Below are positions 63,031 through 64,000 of a stretch of DNA of 64,000 nucleotides, in pieces. Under the pieces are notes generated by a model. It saw only the letters and a list, made by a program, of their open reading frames with translations. It was not told the DNA's origin and ran no database searches. Source of the stretch: Nitrospirota bacterium (GTDB lineage: Bacteria; Nitrospirota; UBA9217); the NCBI GenBank assembly GCA_963796285.1, contig CAWCKW010000012.1:800001-864000 (forward strand). Direction: 5' to 3'. A program made the translations under genes and the position numbers. Position 1 is the first letter of the stretch. Each line of letters begins with the position of its first letter.

Positions 63031-64000
63031 TTCGCAGTCCTTTGAGGAGAAACGATTCCCATTCATTCTTTTCTGCTACGGATAAATCTATTCTGAGCGC
63101 CCAGATACCTTCAGCGTGCAGGTTCTTTAAACGTATTGCGTCCTTTTCCGTGGTGACGATCATGCTGACCTTTTCATCCGCTGCCCTCTGAAAAACCGCT
63201 GCCAGGTCCTTTTTTTTATAGTCAAAATGATCAGGGTAGGTGCATGCGGCCACGATGTCCGCACCAAGCGACGTGAGCAGCTTGATGAAAGAATCCGGTC
63301 GCGCAATGCCCGAAATGGCAAGGACCTTCGATCCGCGCAAAGCGGAAAGCGGCTTGATATCATTGCTGCGGTAATCGATCAAATCCACCGGGACCTGTTG
63401 TGAGGTAAATATCCTGGCTCGAGTATTCCGCTGAATGGTCTCTTTCAGCGCCTTCACATCACCCGTGCTGTCAATTTTGGTGATCAGGACGGCGTGGGCC
63501 CGCTTGAGAGCGCCAAGCGGTTCGCGTAAAATACCCGCGGGAAACAATTTTCCGTTCCCAAAAGGATTCCCGGCATCCACGAGCACAATATCGAGGTCCC
63601 TTTTTAACTGGATATGCTGGAACCCGTCATCAAGGACCACGACGTCCGGTCTGAATCGCTGTATGGCAAGCAGCGCCGCTTGATAACGCTTTTTGCCGAC
63701 AACAACAGGTATGCCAGGCAGCTTTGATGCGATCAGCACCGGTTCGTCGCCGCCCGTTTGGGTATCCACGAGGACTGAACGGCCATCGGATACCACGATG
63801 ATCTCTGCCTCGTCTGTTCGTCCGTATCCCCGGCTGACGACGACCACCCGCCGGTCGTTTCGTGACAACAGTTCCGCGATCTGAATGACCGTTGGAGTTT
63901 TACCGGTTCCACCGAGCGTGATATTGCCGATTGAGATGACAGGACAGGATATTTTTTTTCGATTGAATATTTGAAGGCCGAAGACGATCCGGCGGAGATA
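63023..64000 (-). CDS. lpxK: Tetraacyldisaccharide 4'-kinase (5' end outside window)
   Basis: ISIGNITLGGTGKTP upstream of the ORF-track start, SRGYG, GDEP, LDDGFQH, PAGILREP, TTEKD. Confidence 0.93.
   Translation of the reverse strand, partial: YLRRIVFGLQIFNRKKISCPVISIGNITLGGTGKTPTVIQIAELLSRNDRRVVVVSRGYGRTDEAEIIVVSDGRSVLVDTQTGGDEPVLIASKLPGIPVVVGKKRYQAALLAIQRFRPDVVVLDDGFQHIQLKRDLDIVLVDAGNPFGNGKLFPAGILREPLGALKRAHAVLITKIDSTGDVKALKETIQRNTRARIFTSQQVPVDLIDYRSNDIKPLSALRGSKVLAISGIARPDSFIKLLTSLGADIVAACTYPDHFDYKKKDLAAVFQRAADEKVSMIVTTEKDAIRLKNLHAEGIWALRIDLSVAEKNEWESFLLKGLRNA

Noticed and set aside
162-63884. Many antisense and overlapping ORFs in the ORF track, e.g. 57204-58088 (+) and 60740-61369 (+)
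   Set aside because: They shadow well-supported genes on the other strand or frame and carry no motifs.

Overview
Bacterial chromosomal segment; gene content and a Geobacter-like pilin suggest Nitrospirota or Desulfobacterota (inference only). Left to right: rfbA, heptose kinase and a GT9; ferredoxin; a membrane HAMP-GGDEF protein coupled to a lipoprotein; a type IVa pilin locus (pilA plus ABC ATPase, permease and PilG/XapA-like gene) with a sigma54 promoter; futalosine-pathway genes (amidohydrolase, mqnE, mqnC); a DnaA-box cluster; mtaB, miaB and a DUF62 SAM hydrolase; a BirA-controlled bioB-bioW-bioF-fabG-like-bioD operon; PMM/PGM and manC; a ~27 kb surface-glycan cluster (two gmd, fcl, wzm/wzt, six methyltransferases, MBOAT+SGNH pair, many GTs, wzx); wbaP and galE; and an LPS core/lipid A cluster (waaL-like, GTs, waaF, gmhB, lpxK). 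About 20 genes are broken by small indels, most likely long-read errors, so their boundaries are reconstructed by eye. Most interesting: the GGDEF domain has Ser at the Asp position that marks Hypr (3',3'-cGAMP-making) enzymes, has a QseE/QseG-like sensor+lipoprotein layout, and abuts the pilin locus, which is divergent from the menaquinone genes. No rRNA, tRNA, CRISPR array or transposase was recognised.
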